Positions 42,261 to 52,331 of a stretch of 62,386 nucleotides of DNA are shown here, piece by piece. Numbering within the stretch: the stretch's first letter is position 1; every line of letters begins with the position of its first letter. The notes below the pieces were generated by a model. It did not search any database. It worked only from the letters and a program-made list of their open reading frames with translations, and was not told where the DNA came from. The stretch is from an uncultured Rikenellaceae bacterium (GTDB taxonomy: Bacteria; Bacteroidota; Bacteroidia; Bacteroidales; VadinHA17). The position numbers were made by a program, and so were the translations under genes. The stretch spans positions 1 to 62,386 of the forward strand of contig CAYNRI010000004.1 of assembly GCA_964399575.1 (NCBI GenBank), read 5' to 3'.

Positions 42261-43061
42261 TTATACCCAGATATCAGCTTTTTTCAGGTTTATCTCCTTC
42301 TCGAAAAACATCCGGGCAATTTTCTCGAAATAGGGAGTATAATCAGACACAAAGAACTGATCGTATACTATCCCCGTGTCGTTAAGAAGGTCTTTATTCT
42401 CAAGTGTATTTTTAAGTATCTGGGAAACCAGTCTTGCCGAGTCAATTACTTCAATCCCGAAATTAAAGATCCTGCTGATCTGGTTCTTGATTATCGGATA
42501 ATGGGTGCATCCAAGTATAAGGGCCTGGATGCCTGTAAGAGAATTATCGGTCAGGTAAGCCCTGAGGATTGCATTGCTTATATCATCGAAAATAAAACCC
42601 TCTTCAATCATCGGTACAAGCAATGGTGTTGCCATTGAAACGACTGAAGTCCCGGGAGATTTCTCAGCTATTTTGGTCTCATAGGTACCTGAGCTTATTG
42701 TCCTTTTTGTTCCTATTACCCCTATCTTATTGAAATTTCTTACTCCAAGATAATCAACAACAGGATCAATTACATCTATAAGTACCACCCTCTTGCCAAA
42801 TTCTTCCTTTAATGCATCGAATGCTGAGGAAGAAGCAGAATTGCATGCTACAAGAACAACTTTTGAATCCTGCTCAAGAAGAAATTCTGTTATCCGGCGC
42901 GAGTACGACTTTATTGAATCTGCTGATTTGTCTCCGTATGGAAGGTGTGCGGTATCGCCGAAATACACAAGGCTCTCTCCCGGGAGTAATTGTTTGACTG
43001 CATGAGCTACAGTAAGACCTCCGACACCGGAATCAAAAATGCCGATTGGCTGGTTTTTCAC
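42261..43061 (-). CDS. murI: Glutamate racemase
   Basis: IGIFDSGVGGLTV, ACNSAS and GCTHYP motifs. GTG start. Confidence 0.9.
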   Translation of the reverse strand: MKNQPIGIFDSGVGGLTVAHAVKQLLPGESLVYFGDTAHLPYGDKSADSIKSYSRRITEFLLEQDSKVVLVACNSASSSAFDALKEEFGKRVVLIDVIDPVVDYLGVRNFNKIGVIGTKRTISSGTYETKIAEKSPGTSVVSMATPLLVPMIEEGFIFDDISNAILRAYLTDNSLTGIQALILGCTHYPIIKNQISRIFNFGIEVIDSARLVSQILKNTLENKDLLNDTGIVYDQFFVSDYTPYFEKIARMFFEKEINLKKADIWV

Positions 43062-43069
43062 TTTAAGAG

Positions 43070-43111
43070 GAAATTAAAAAAATGACCATCAACCTTATGG
43101 CAGATGGTCAT
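43070..43111 (-). terminator. Intrinsic terminator-like hairpin after the skp genes
   Basis: ATGACCATC (43082-43090) pairs with GATGGTCAT (43103-43111) around a 12-nt loop. On the minus strand the hairpin is followed by TTTTTTAATTT. Confidence 0.55.
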
Positions 43112-43129
43112 AAAAATCTTTTATAACTG

Positions 43130-43642
43130 CTACTTTATACCTAGTTTGGCTTTGGCAAGAGGCGTCACGTCTGTGCTTTTTGTCTCATCAAAAAACAGAA
43201 GAGCTCCTTTTGAGATGTCAAAAATATAAACGAAGCCATTTTCTTTGCCAAGATCCTTGATAGCTTTATCAACCTTGGCATAGATCGGTTGCAAAACTTC
43301 CACCTGCTTGTTCTGAAGCTGGGATTGTGCATTAGTCTGGAACTCCTGGATCCTTCTGTTAAGGTCGACAAGTTCCTGTTCCTTTGTCTGCCTAACTATA
43401 TCGGTCAGGTTTTTGCTCTCCTTATTATAGGATTCACTTTTGTTATTCAATTCAACCGACATAAGCTCAAGTGTGTTAATAAGTTCTTTCTGAAGGTTCT
43501 CAAGCGTGATGTTTGCTGAATCAAATTCAGGTAAAGCCTGAATAAGCTCCTCGCTGTTTATATGGCCGAATTTTAAGGTCTGAGCCTCTGTCGTTAAAGC
43601 TGTTAATATAATGATGGTAGCTAACCCTAGTATCCTTTTCAT
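43130..43642 (-). CDS. OmpH/Skp periplasmic chaperone
   Basis: Signal peptide, coiled coil and OmpH layout, downstream of bamA. Confidence 0.8.
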   Translation of the reverse strand: MKRILGLATIIILTALTTEAQTLKFGHINSEELIQALPEFDSANITLENLQKELINTLELMSVELNNKSESYNKESKNLTDIVRQTKEQELVDLNRRIQEFQTNAQSQLQNKQVEVLQPIYAKVDKAIKDLGKENGFVYIFDISKGALLFFDETKSTDVTPLAKAKLGIK

Positions 43643-43677
43643 CTTTATGGTATTATAATTTCTGCAAAAGTAGTTAT

Positions 43678-44193
43678 TTAATTTTTATAACCTAATTTTT
43701 CAAGTATCTGATCGCTGATATCAAATTTCGGATTTGCGAAAAGAATATTTCCTCCTGCTGCTGAGTCGAAAATAACCGCATAACTTCCTTCAACTGCAAT
43801 ATCCTTGATAGCTTTTAGTATTTCATCCTGGATCGGTTTTACAAGTTCCTCCCTCTTTTTAAAGAGATCGCCTTCCATCCCGAAATATTTATTCTGGAGT
43901 TCTTTCATCTCTTTTTCTTTATTGATTATCGCTTCCTCCCGTTTTGTTTTCATTTCCTGTGAAAGCAGCGGTGCTTCATTCTGGTAGGATTTGTACATCT
44001 GCTCAACAACAGCATATCCATCAGCAACTTCCTTTTCCCATTGCTCTGAAAGCTTATCCAGCTGTTCCTGCGCTGTTGTAAATGCCTGTATATTCTTCCT
44101 GATATACTCCGAATCAACAAACGCATACTTCTGTCCTGCAGCAAGAGCTGTTGACAAAATAAATATCCCTATAATAATTATTGATTTTTTCAT
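43678..44193 (-). CDS. OmpH/Skp periplasmic chaperone (second copy)
   Basis: Same layout as the neighbouring copy, directly after bamA. Confidence 0.8.
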   Translation of the reverse strand: MKKSIIIIGIFILSTALAAGQKYAFVDSEYIRKNIQAFTTAQEQLDKLSEQWEKEVADGYAVVEQMYKSYQNEAPLLSQEMKTKREEAIINKEKEMKELQNKYFGMEGDLFKKREELVKPIQDEILKAIKDIAVEGSYAVIFDSAAGGNILFANPKFDISDQILEKLGYKN

Positions 44194-44210
44194 GATTCAA
44201 ATTTTAACTG

Positions 44211-46724
44211 TTAAAACTGCTGACCTATAACAAAATGAAATTGTGATTTATTTGCGTCTTTTGCACCTGTTGGTACTTCATCAAAACCATAACCCCAGTC
44301 AACTCCGAGAAGTCCAAACATCGGGAGATTAGCTCTCAATCCTATGCCTGCGGCCCTGTTCATCCTGAAGGGATTATAATCTTTCAGTTCCTTCCAGGCT
44401 CTTCCTGCTTCAAGAAAAGCAAGACCATAAATTGTTGCCTGGTTATTGAGTGACACAGGGTATCTCAGTTCAAATGTGAGCTTGGAGTAAACATTCCCCG
44501 ACGGAGCTCCTGATTTTGAGTCAGTAGGGGTAAGTGATCCGTTTGTGTAACCTCTCAGCGCTATTATCTCTCTGCCATAGAAACTATATCCTGTCATACC
44601 GTCGCCGCCGACATAAAAGTTTTCAAATGGTGAAGGCCCGATAGCCTTATTGTAATGACCCAGATAGCCAAAAGCAAAACGGGCGCTTAATATAAGCTTA
44701 TCATTACTTGACATCGGGAAATAGCTTTCCGATTTAAATACCCACTTGTGGAATTCGATCCATTTGTATTTTACTTCGTCAGATTCACCTGCCATCTTCT
44801 GTCCGCTTATCGCAGAATAGGGAGGAGTTATCTGAAGTGATAATGTAAACGATGATCCGCTTCTCGGGTAGATAAGATTCGGACCGACCGAATATCTTGA
44901 AAGTCTTCCCGTCATACTGAACAGGTTTGATTCACCTGACTCAAAAAGGAACTGGTAATAACTGTATTTATTCAGATTATATCGTTGATAATTGAGTTCT
45001 CCGTATATTGAGAAGTAATCATCCGGCCACTTGAGTCTCTTACCTAAACCAACTGATGCTCCGCTTATTATCATAGACTGATAGTCTTCCGAGTTTTTCT
45101 TCCTCCCGTTTGTCATCAGTGATCTGTACATTGAAACGGAGAAGGAATTTGGTTTTTTGCCTCCAAGCCAGGGTTCACTGAATGAGAGATTATAAGACTG
45201 GTAGTATCTGCCGTTTGACTGCGCCCTGATGCTAAGAGACTGACCGTCTCCGGACGGGTACGGTCTCCACTGTTTCCAGTCAAAGAAATTTCGCATTGCA
45301 AAATTATTGAACCTTACGCCTATTGTACCTACCATCATTCCTGCCCCCCATCCCCCGGAGATCTCAAACTGGTCATTTGCTTTTTCCTCAAGCTTGTAAA
45401 GAAGATCCACATTACCTGTAGTCATATCAGATAATGGGGTGGGATTTATCTTTTCAGGATCAAAGTGTCCTAATACTCCAAGCTGACGTATCGATCTTAA
45501 TATTTTTTCCTTGCTGAACAGATCTCCGGGAAGAGTATAAAGTTCCCGGCGGGCCACATGTTCATTAGTTCTTGTATTTCCGTTGATAAGGATATCATTT
45601 ATATATGCCTGGTCGCCTTCATAGATCTTTATCTGAAGATCTATAGAGTCATTGTCAATCTTGGCTTCGACCGGATTCAGCTGTGAAGAAAGATACCCGT
45701 AATCGAGGTAGAGATTGCTAACTGCATCCTCCGCACCGCTTGTGCCCTTGAGCCTGTCAAGAATAAGCGACTGGTTGTAAACAGAACCTTTTTTAACATT
45801 GAAAACTCTTTCAAGGTCTTCTTTCCTGTAAACACTGTTACCTACCCACTCCACGTCCCTCAGAAAATACTGATTGCCTTCATCTACTCTTATCTGCAGA
45901 CCAACCCTGTCTTCAGATATTTTGTAAATTGAGTCGGATATGATCTCAAAATCCCTGAATCCGTTATCGTTATAAAAGGTTATTAGCTTTTGTTTGTCAT
46001 CCTCGAACTTTTCATCTATGAATTTAGAGGCCTTGAAAAAGTTCAGATTCTTCTTTTTCGTATCCTTCATCTGCCGCCGGAGCTTCTTTTCATCAAAATA
46101 TTCATTGCCGGCAAATGTTATCTCCCCAATCCTGACTTTCTCTTTTTTATCAATATCAATTGTAAGGATAACATTATTAGGCTGTGATGGATCGTCTTTC
46201 TGAACAAATTCGACTGTTGTGTTAAGAAATCCTTTTTCAACAAAATGATCAAGAATGATCTTCCTTGTATTTTCGATTATATAAGAAGTTACCTGTGAGC
46301 CTATTGGCAGGCTTATTTTTTCTGTTATATCCTGCGATTCAGATCCTTTTAAACCATTGAATCTAAGTGATGACAACCTTGGACGTTCCTGAAGGAAAAT
46401 ATTAATGAATGCCGTGTCGGCTTTAAGGCTGTCGATTGTGATCCTGACATCAGAGAACAAGCCCTGCTGCCAGAGTTTCTGAGCCGCATTCTTGATCTCT
46501 TCTCCAGGGACGTACACCTCCTGACCTCTTTTAAGACCTGACAATCCGATCAGGGCATTCAGATCCAGGAATTTGATACCGGAGACTGTAACACCCCCCA
46601 CTATATAACTATTTGATTTTGAATAATCGTAAATCTCTTCTTTCTCCTGCGAAAATAAACATATGCTTATTGTAACCAGAAAAAGGCCCAAAATAGCTTT
46701 TTTGTATTCTCTCCTCCTCTTCAT
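44211..46724 (-). CDS. bamA: Outer membrane protein assembly factor BamA
   Basis: POTRA repeats followed by an Omp85 barrel ending ...FHFVIGQQF. The track start at 46790 is TTG and overlaps uppS. The ATG at 46724 (MKRRREYKKAILGLFLV) removes that overlap. Confidence 0.9.
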   Translation of the reverse strand: MKRRREYKKAILGLFLVTISICLFSQEKEEIYDYSKSNSYIVGGVTVSGIKFLDLNALIGLSGLKRGQEVYVPGEEIKNAAQKLWQQGLFSDVRITIDSLKADTAFINIFLQERPRLSSLRFNGLKGSESQDITEKISLPIGSQVTSYIIENTRKIILDHFVEKGFLNTTVEFVQKDDPSQPNNVILTIDIDKKEKVRIGEITFAGNEYFDEKKLRRQMKDTKKKNLNFFKASKFIDEKFEDDKQKLITFYNDNGFRDFEIISDSIYKISEDRVGLQIRVDEGNQYFLRDVEWVGNSVYRKEDLERVFNVKKGSVYNQSLILDRLKGTSGAEDAVSNLYLDYGYLSSQLNPVEAKIDNDSIDLQIKIYEGDQAYINDILINGNTRTNEHVARRELYTLPGDLFSKEKILRSIRQLGVLGHFDPEKINPTPLSDMTTGNVDLLYKLEEKANDQFEISGGWGAGMMVGTIGVRFNNFAMRNFFDWKQWRPYPSGDGQSLSIRAQSNGRYYQSYNLSFSEPWLGGKKPNSFSVSMYRSLMTNGRKKNSEDYQSMIISGASVGLGKRLKWPDDYFSIYGELNYQRYNLNKYSYYQFLFESGESNLFSMTGRLSRYSVGPNLIYPRSGSSFTLSLQITPPYSAISGQKMAGESDEVKYKWIEFHKWVFKSESYFPMSSNDKLILSARFAFGYLGHYNKAIGPSPFENFYVGGDGMTGYSFYGREIIALRGYTNGSLTPTDSKSGAPSGNVYSKLTFELRYPVSLNNQATIYGLAFLEAGRAWKELKDYNPFRMNRAAGIGLRANLPMFGLLGVDWGYGFDEVPTGAKDANKSQFHFVIGQQF

Positions 46725-46728
46725 AACT

Positions 46729-47475
46729 TCATTTTTCCGATATCTGTTCGCTAGTCTTTCCAAACCTTCTTTCCCTTTTCTGGAAATCAATTAATGCACT
46801 GTAAAAATCATTCTTACCAAAATCAGGCCAAAGTATGTCAGTGAAATAAAATTCTGTATAAGCACTTTGCCAAAGAAGAAAATTGCTTATCCTCTTTTCT
46901 CCGCTTGTTCTTATTATAAGATCAGGATCCGGTACATCTGCAGTGCAAAGATATTTCCCAAACAGAACATCATCAATTGATATGATATCCAGGACTCCAT
47001 TTTTCACTTCAGAGGCAATCGTTCTGGCAGCTCTTATTATTTCCCACCTGGCACTGTAACTTAGTGCGACAATAAGCCTCAGGCCGCTGGAAACGGAAGT
47101 GATCTCAATTGTTTCTAATAACCTGTTTCTTACTTCATTATCCAGCCGGTCGAGATCTCCTATTGCTGTAAGCTTAATATTGTTTTTTAAAAGAGTCGCG
47201 GTCTCATCATTAAGCGACTGCACCATAATTCCCATCAATGCTGCTACCTCATCATCAGGCCGTTCCCAGTTCTCCGTCGAGAATGCATAGAGAGTAAGAT
47301 ATTCCAGGCCAATCTCTGCAGCAGCTTCAATCACCTTCCTGACAGATTCGACCCCCTGATGGTGCCCTAATATCCTGCTTTTGCCATGATGAAGGGCCCA
47401 CCGTCCGTTTCCGTCCATTATAATTGCCACATGGGCCGGGAGCTTTGATTGATCAATTTCCTGTCGCAATGACAT
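46729..47475 (-). CDS. uppS: Undecaprenyl diphosphate synthase (isoprenyl transferase)
   Basis: HVAIIMDGNGRWA, FS.ENW.RP and IRTSGE.R.SNFLLWQ motifs. Confidence 0.9.
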   Translation of the reverse strand: MSLRQEIDQSKLPAHVAIIMDGNGRWALHHGKSRILGHHQGVESVRKVIEAAAEIGLEYLTLYAFSTENWERPDDEVAALMGIMVQSLNDETATLLKNNIKLTAIGDLDRLDNEVRNRLLETIEITSVSSGLRLIVALSYSARWEIIRAARTIASEVKNGVLDIISIDDVLFGKYLCTADVPDPDLIIRTSGEKRISNFLLWQSAYTEFYFTDILWPDFGKNDFYSALIDFQKRERRFGKTSEQISEK

Positions 47476-47478
47476 AAT

Positions 47479-48156
47479 TCAACGTTTTCTCTTACCATCC
47501 ACGTCATCATAGGCCGGACATCCGGTCATCTTACTGTAGATCTTCCATGTTAATGCAACACCTATCAGTGAGTACCAGTCGTTATTATGGATCAATCCAT
47601 AGTCTGCCGGAGCTACAATATCGTTAAGGCCGTCAAAGTTATCATAAAAAGATTTACGAAAACCATATTCTATCTCCAGGCCCATATTTTTAAAAATATT
47701 TGCCTTGAAACCTATTGAAAATGGTATGACAGGTTCAAAAGACTGATATTCGGCATTAAAATAGGCTAGTCCTGCTCCTGCTGCTATATAAGGAGTAAAA
47801 TCCCATAGCTTGCCCTGTGTGGTATATGGCAGGAAATTAAATTCGAACTGGATAGCGACTTCCCCTACTGAACCGGAAAAAGATTCGTTCCGGCTTTGCT
47901 GGAAACTGTTTTCAAAATCTAGGTCGTCGGCTCTGATGCCTCCGTAAAAGATATTGGCCCTGAGAGCCTGTCTGGGATGTAGATTAAACCTGTAGAAAAC
48001 TCCGCCGGCGGGCCTTGGTGAATACAAGAGCCTTCCGGGATTTATATCTCCCAGATAAGAAGAAATACCACCAAAAATGCCATAATCAGCGCTACGTTGT
48101 CCGGAAGCAGTAATATAAAAGCTGATCAGAAAGAAGATCCAAGGTATTCTTTTCAT
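47479..48156 (-). CDS. Small outer-membrane beta-barrel protein, DUF6089/PorG-like
   Basis: Signal peptide and alternating beta-strand pattern. Its position next to uppS-bamA-skp matches my memory of the Porphyromonas PorG locus. The assignment is tentative. Confidence 0.45.
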   Translation of the reverse strand: MKRIPWIFFLISFYITASGQRSADYGIFGGISSYLGDINPGRLLYSPRPAGGVFYRFNLHPRQALRANIFYGGIRADDLDFENSFQQSRNESFSGSVGEVAIQFEFNFLPYTTQGKLWDFTPYIAAGAGLAYFNAEYQSFEPVIPFSIGFKANIFKNMGLEIEYGFRKSFYDNFDGLNDIVAPADYGLIHNNDWYSLIGVALTWKIYSKMTGCPAYDDVDGKRKR

Positions 48157-48177
48157 TAAAATATATCGCGTTTATTA

Positions 48178-48927
48178 TCATCTGAATGACGGCCATCCTC
48201 GAGGGCCTGTCTTCAACTTATAAGTTAATGTAAAGTTCAAAAAATAATAAACGTCATTTGCCTTGGAAAATTGTGGTGAAGAATAGCCGTCAAGAAAATC
48301 AGAAAATGCATACCGGCCTCCGAGCTCAAGTCCGAAATTGAGATTTGGATTATATATCAATGTTGCCCCCACACCCCCCGGTATTACAGCAGAGAATCCG
48401 CTTGTGGGCATATCCCGGGCCAGAAGCGCTTCATTCGGGTCAACATTATAAGCAGCTCCCCCGATACCTGCAAAAGCATAAAAATCAAGAGACCTTAAGA
48501 TCTGAGAAAAGAAACTCCTTCTTCCTTTAATGAACAGATAGCTCATTTCTGCCCGGTTCTTGATAAAATAATACTCACCTAACAAAGCCGGTTCAAAAAG
48601 AGAAGTTGAAGATTGGTATTCTCTGTCTTCGTTTGACCCCCTGTTGTCGGTAGCATTAAATAGTGCATAAGTCATGCTGAGCCTTATATTAGCAACCCTG
48701 GTGATCCTGTATTTGAAGTTGCCGTTTATATCAAATCTGGTCTGAAGATAGGTCAGGTCGCGGAATCCTAAGAAATTCTTCGTCCTTGAATAACCTCCGA
48801 CATCTCCGAAAAAGAACGATGGTCCGGCACCTGCTGACAGCTCCCATCTTCTCATTCTCCATAACTGACCTTGTGAAAAGGGAACGGCAAGGTAAAAGAG
48901 TAATACTGTTATAAGAATCCTTTTCAT
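48178..48927 (-). CDS. Small outer-membrane beta-barrel protein (paralog-like of the neighbouring gene)
   Basis: Signal peptide MKRILITVLLFYLAVPFSQGQ from the ATG at 48927 (the track start at 48954 is TTG). Beta-barrel-like repeats ending ...TYKL. Confidence 0.45.
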   Translation of the reverse strand: MKRILITVLLFYLAVPFSQGQLWRMRRWELSAGAGPSFFFGDVGGYSRTKNFLGFRDLTYLQTRFDINGNFKYRITRVANIRLSMTYALFNATDNRGSNEDREYQSSTSLFEPALLGEYYFIKNRAEMSYLFIKGRRSFFSQILRSLDFYAFAGIGGAAYNVDPNEALLARDMPTSGFSAVIPGGVGATLIYNPNLNFGLELGGRYAFSDFLDGYSSPQFSKANDVYYFLNFTLTYKLKTGPRGWPSFR

Positions 48928-49060
48928 GTTATGCATTTTTGGTTGCTGATACAAATATAATAATCTAAAATTTAGAGCAAGTAATAATACAGTATAAAAT
49001 TACAAACTATATCAATACTAACCTATTATCCGGACAGGGATAATTACGGAAATAAAAAAT

Positions 49061-49939
49061 TTAGTTCCTTTTGTCGATCCCCCACATAAGCCTGTTTCTC
49101 AGGGTACTGTAAAAATCCCTTCCTTTAAGCATCACAGTTTTTAGTTTTACTGAACTCCCTATTATGCTAAGCTCCTCGCTTATTGGCAAAGTCCTGAACC
49201 GAAAGTCACAGGTGGCCAGGAATTCCTTCGTTCTGCCCTCCAGTACCATCCTGAGCTGACTGCTGCCCGATAGTACTATTGGTCTTATAGTCAGATTATG
49301 GGGTGATATCGGCGAGATAATAATACTTTCATCTTCCGGAGATAATATAGGTCCTCCTACGCTAAGATTATAAGCAGTCGATCCTGTGGCAGTCGATACT
49401 ATCAATCCGTCAGACCAGTAGGTGTTAAGGAATTCACCATTGACATAGACATGGATTGTTATCATGCTCATGCTCGATTTCTGGATTGTGATCTCATTGA
49501 GAGCTACTGCCGATTCACCGTTAAAAAGGTCGTGCGGATTCAAAATCTCAAGCATCGAGCGGCTTATCAGTTCATATTCATTGTTGCATAACTGATCTAC
49601 TGACGTTCCCAGCTCTTCATTCGGTATATTTGCAAGAAATCCCATTCTGCCGGTATTTACACCGGCGACAGGTATGCCAAGGTCCTTGACCCTCAATACA
49701 GTCTCGAGAAAGGTCCCGTCACCTCCCACACTCAATATCATCTCAGGAAGAGGCTTTAATGATAAAACATCACTAAAGACTTCTATATCCCCCTTATAAT
49801 CAGGAACACGGGTCCCATCCGGCCTCTGATGGATCAGTAAACCAATACCCCTTTTACTGAACTCGGAGATCAGTGTTTGTACCGCATCTCTTGTCTTTGC
49901 ATTATTATCTTTGCTGAAGACAGCAACTCTTTGTAACAT
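49061..49939 (-). CDS. nadK: NAD kinase
   Basis: GGDGTFL, the GxLGFL-type motif (GRMGFLA), and STATGSTAYNLS.GGPI. Confidence 0.85.
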   Translation of the reverse strand: MLQRVAVFSKDNNAKTRDAVQTLISEFSKRGIGLLIHQRPDGTRVPDYKGDIEVFSDVLSLKPLPEMILSVGGDGTFLETVLRVKDLGIPVAGVNTGRMGFLANIPNEELGTSVDQLCNNEYELISRSMLEILNPHDLFNGESAVALNEITIQKSSMSMITIHVYVNGEFLNTYWSDGLIVSTATGSTAYNLSVGGPILSPEDESIIISPISPHNLTIRPIVLSGSSQLRMVLEGRTKEFLATCDFRFRTLPISEELSIIGSSVKLKTVMLKGRDFYSTLRNRLMWGIDKRN

Positions 49940-49945
49940 AGCAGG

Positions 49946-50611
49946 TTACATATTTAGATATTTCATAAGCAGATCAAACCTCTCTGAATAAAAGCGGTCG
50001 AGCGAATCATCTGTAGTTACCCAGGTCTTTAAATCGTAATTATATCGTTCAAAGGTCCGGATCACCGAAACCAGATCTGTGCTGTTCACTTTCAATGTAA
50101 CCTCAAGCCTTGTTGAATCTGCCGGGGAAGTGATATACATGCTTAGCACCTTTATGTTATTGCCTTCAATTATCTGAGCGATCTGGGTAAGAGAATAATC
50201 TCTTTCTGTAATTTGGAGAACGATTATCCCTCCAGGTTGCTCCATCGAAGATACACCGGCAATATGACGGATCAGATCCGAGGTTGTAACAACACCTTTA
50301 TAATGGTTATTACTGTCAAGAACAGGGACAACGGTCAACTTCAGGCGTGACGCAAGGCCGATAATTTCAAACAGGTGCTGCTCTGTTGTTACAAATGGTT
50401 TTAATAGTGTAAGCTCATGATTACCAATAGGTTCTTCAGGCTGATTCATATCATATATATCACTGTCGGATATAAGGCCGAGAAAATCCTGACTGTTTAC
50501 AATTGGCAAATGGGATATCCTGAATATCTCCATCAGGTTCAATGCTGTCTGGCCTGTATCCGAAGTCTTAAGAGGAGGAATGTTCTGAGATATCAGATCA
50601 ACTGCTACCAT
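49946..50611 (-). CDS. CBS domain pair protein with a C-terminal ACT-like region
   Basis: Two CBS-type repeats (HLPIVN...LGLISDSD; VPVLD....KGVVT.SDL). Confidence 0.7.
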   Translation of the reverse strand: MVAVDLISQNIPPLKTSDTGQTALNLMEIFRISHLPIVNSQDFLGLISDSDIYDMNQPEEPIGNHELTLLKPFVTTEQHLFEIIGLASRLKLTVVPVLDSNNHYKGVVTTSDLIRHIAGVSSMEQPGGIIVLQITERDYSLTQIAQIIEGNNIKVLSMYITSPADSTRLEVTLKVNSTDLVSVIRTFERYNYDLKTWVTTDDSLDRFYSERFDLLMKYLNM

Positions 50612-50795
50612 TTCTGTTTAATTTTCATCTAATGTAATAAAAAAAAGACAGTTCTATTATTTTTGTATTATGAAACATATATGTTATTCAGAATCAATAA
50701 TGATAAAATTCCTTTTAAATCTTATAGTGTCCATCTGAAATTTAAGATCAGATTAATGTCCACATGACAGTACGGAAAATTGAAATAATTATTAT

Positions 50796-51512
50796 ATGAC
50801 AAAGCTAAGTGTAAACATAAATAAAATTGCCACTCTCCGCAATGCCCGTGGAGGGAATATACCCAATGTGTTGAATGCAGCAATAAACTGTCAGTTGTAC
50901 GGTGCTGAAGGTATCACTGTCCATCCCAGGCCTGATGAAAGACATATAAGATATAAAGATGTTCTCGAGATAAGACCGATAATAAAAACTGAATTAAATA
51001 TTGAAGGCAATCCCTCCGACAGTTTCATCGACCTTGTTCTTTCCGTGAAACCGCACCAGGTAACTCTTGTCCCGGACAAACATGATGCCATCACCTCCAA
51101 TGCCGGATGGGATACCCTGAGGAACAGGTCTTTTCTTACTGATATTGTATCCACTTTTAAAAGAGAAGGGATCAGAACTTCTCTCTTTGTCGATACAAAA
51201 CCTGTCAACATTGAAAATGCAGCAACAACAGGTGCTGACAGAATCGAGCTCTATACTGAACCATACGCTTCAGGTTTCAGCAGTAATGCCGCTGAAGCAA
51301 TTGAACCTTTCATCAAGGCTGCGGTATTTGCCAGGGATTTAGGAATGGGCATTAATGCCGGGCATGATCTGAATCTTGATAACCTGAATTACTTTCATAA
51401 AAGCATCCCCTGGATACTTGAAGTATCTATTGGTCATGCACTTATCGCTGACGCATTGTACCTGGGCCTTGAAAATACTATACAGATGTACAAACGCCAG
51501 CTGGCCGATTGA
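50796..51512 (+). CDS. pdxJ: Pyridoxine 5'-phosphate synthase
   Basis: [29 protein letters not shown] and NAGHDLN motifs. Confidence 0.9.
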   Translation: MTKLSVNINKIATLRNARGGNIPNVLNAAINCQLYGAEGITVHPRPDERHIRYKDVLEIRPIIKTELNIEGNPSDSFIDLVLSVKPHQVTLVPDKHDAITSNAGWDTLRNRSFLTDIVSTFKREGIRTSLFVDTKPVNIENAATTGADRIELYTEPYASGFSSNAAEAIEPFIKAAVFARDLGMGINAGHDLNLDNLNYFHKSIPWILEVSIGHALIADALYLGLENTIQMYKRQLAD

Positions 51513-51518
51513 AGGCTG

Positions 51519-52316
51519 ATGAAACTCTTCTTCAGAAAATACGGACAGGGACCACCGCTTATAATCCTTCACGGTTTATACGGATCTTCAGATAACTGGC
51601 TTTCTGTTGCAAAAACAATCAGCGACAGATTCACGGTTTTTCTTCCCGACCAGAGGAATCATGGTCACTCACCCCATGATGACAACCTTGACTACGGCTC
51701 AATGAGTGAGGATCTGCTTGAGTTCGTAAACGATCAGGCACTGCCGGAATTCTTCCTTGCCGGGCACAGCATGGGTGGCAAGACCGCTGTATTATTTACT
51801 GTCAGACATCCCGAAAGAGTTTCAGGCCTGGTTGTTGCCGATATATCCCCTTTTCTGGAATTAAATACAAGCTCTGGGCAATTCAGGCTGCATGCCAGAA
51901 TTATAAGGGCTATCAGTGGTCTTGAGATCTCTGATGCATTATCAAGGAAAGAGATAGACAAGAGACTATCGCTGATGATATCATCGGAAAGGATAAGAGG
52001 CTTGATAATGAAGAACCTTGAAAGGGAGCCTGTAAAAGGATTTAAATGGAAACTGAATATCCGGGCTTTACAGAATAATCTTGAGAAGATCATGGGAGCT
52101 CTGCCAAGACCGGCGGCTGATTACCAGGAGATCACAGGATTCCCGGTACTGTTTCTTAAGGGAGAGTTCTCTGATTACCTGCCTGATAATGACATACCTG
52201 ACATACTTAAAATATTCCCGGGTGCTGAGTTCAGGATCATAAAAAATTCTGGCCACTGGATACACAGCGATAATCCCGAAGCAGTCACTGAGGCCCTCCT
52301 GAGCTTAAGGGAGTAA
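51519..52316 (+). CDS. Alpha/beta hydrolase (YbfF-like esterase)
   Basis: LHGL.GS..NW, the nucleophile elbow GHSMGG, and a C-terminal GHW.H. Confidence 0.75.
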   Translation: MKLFFRKYGQGPPLIILHGLYGSSDNWLSVAKTISDRFTVFLPDQRNHGHSPHDDNLDYGSMSEDLLEFVNDQALPEFFLAGHSMGGKTAVLFTVRHPERVSGLVVADISPFLELNTSSGQFRLHARIIRAISGLEISDALSRKEIDKRLSLMISSERIRGLIMKNLEREPVKGFKWKLNIRALQNNLEKIMGALPRPAADYQEITGFPVLFLKGEFSDYLPDNDIPDILKIFPGAEFRIIKNSGHWIHSDNPEAVTEALLSLRE

Positions 52317-52331
52317 GTATAAAATATACTG

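Noticed and set aside
50612-50795. The 184-nt AT-rich gap where gene orientation switches from mostly minus to mostly plus, considered as a possible replication origin.
   Set aside because: It has no DnaA-box cluster (the best matches are 7/9) and no origin-linked genes. It is most simply a divergent promoter region for the CBS and pdxJ genes.
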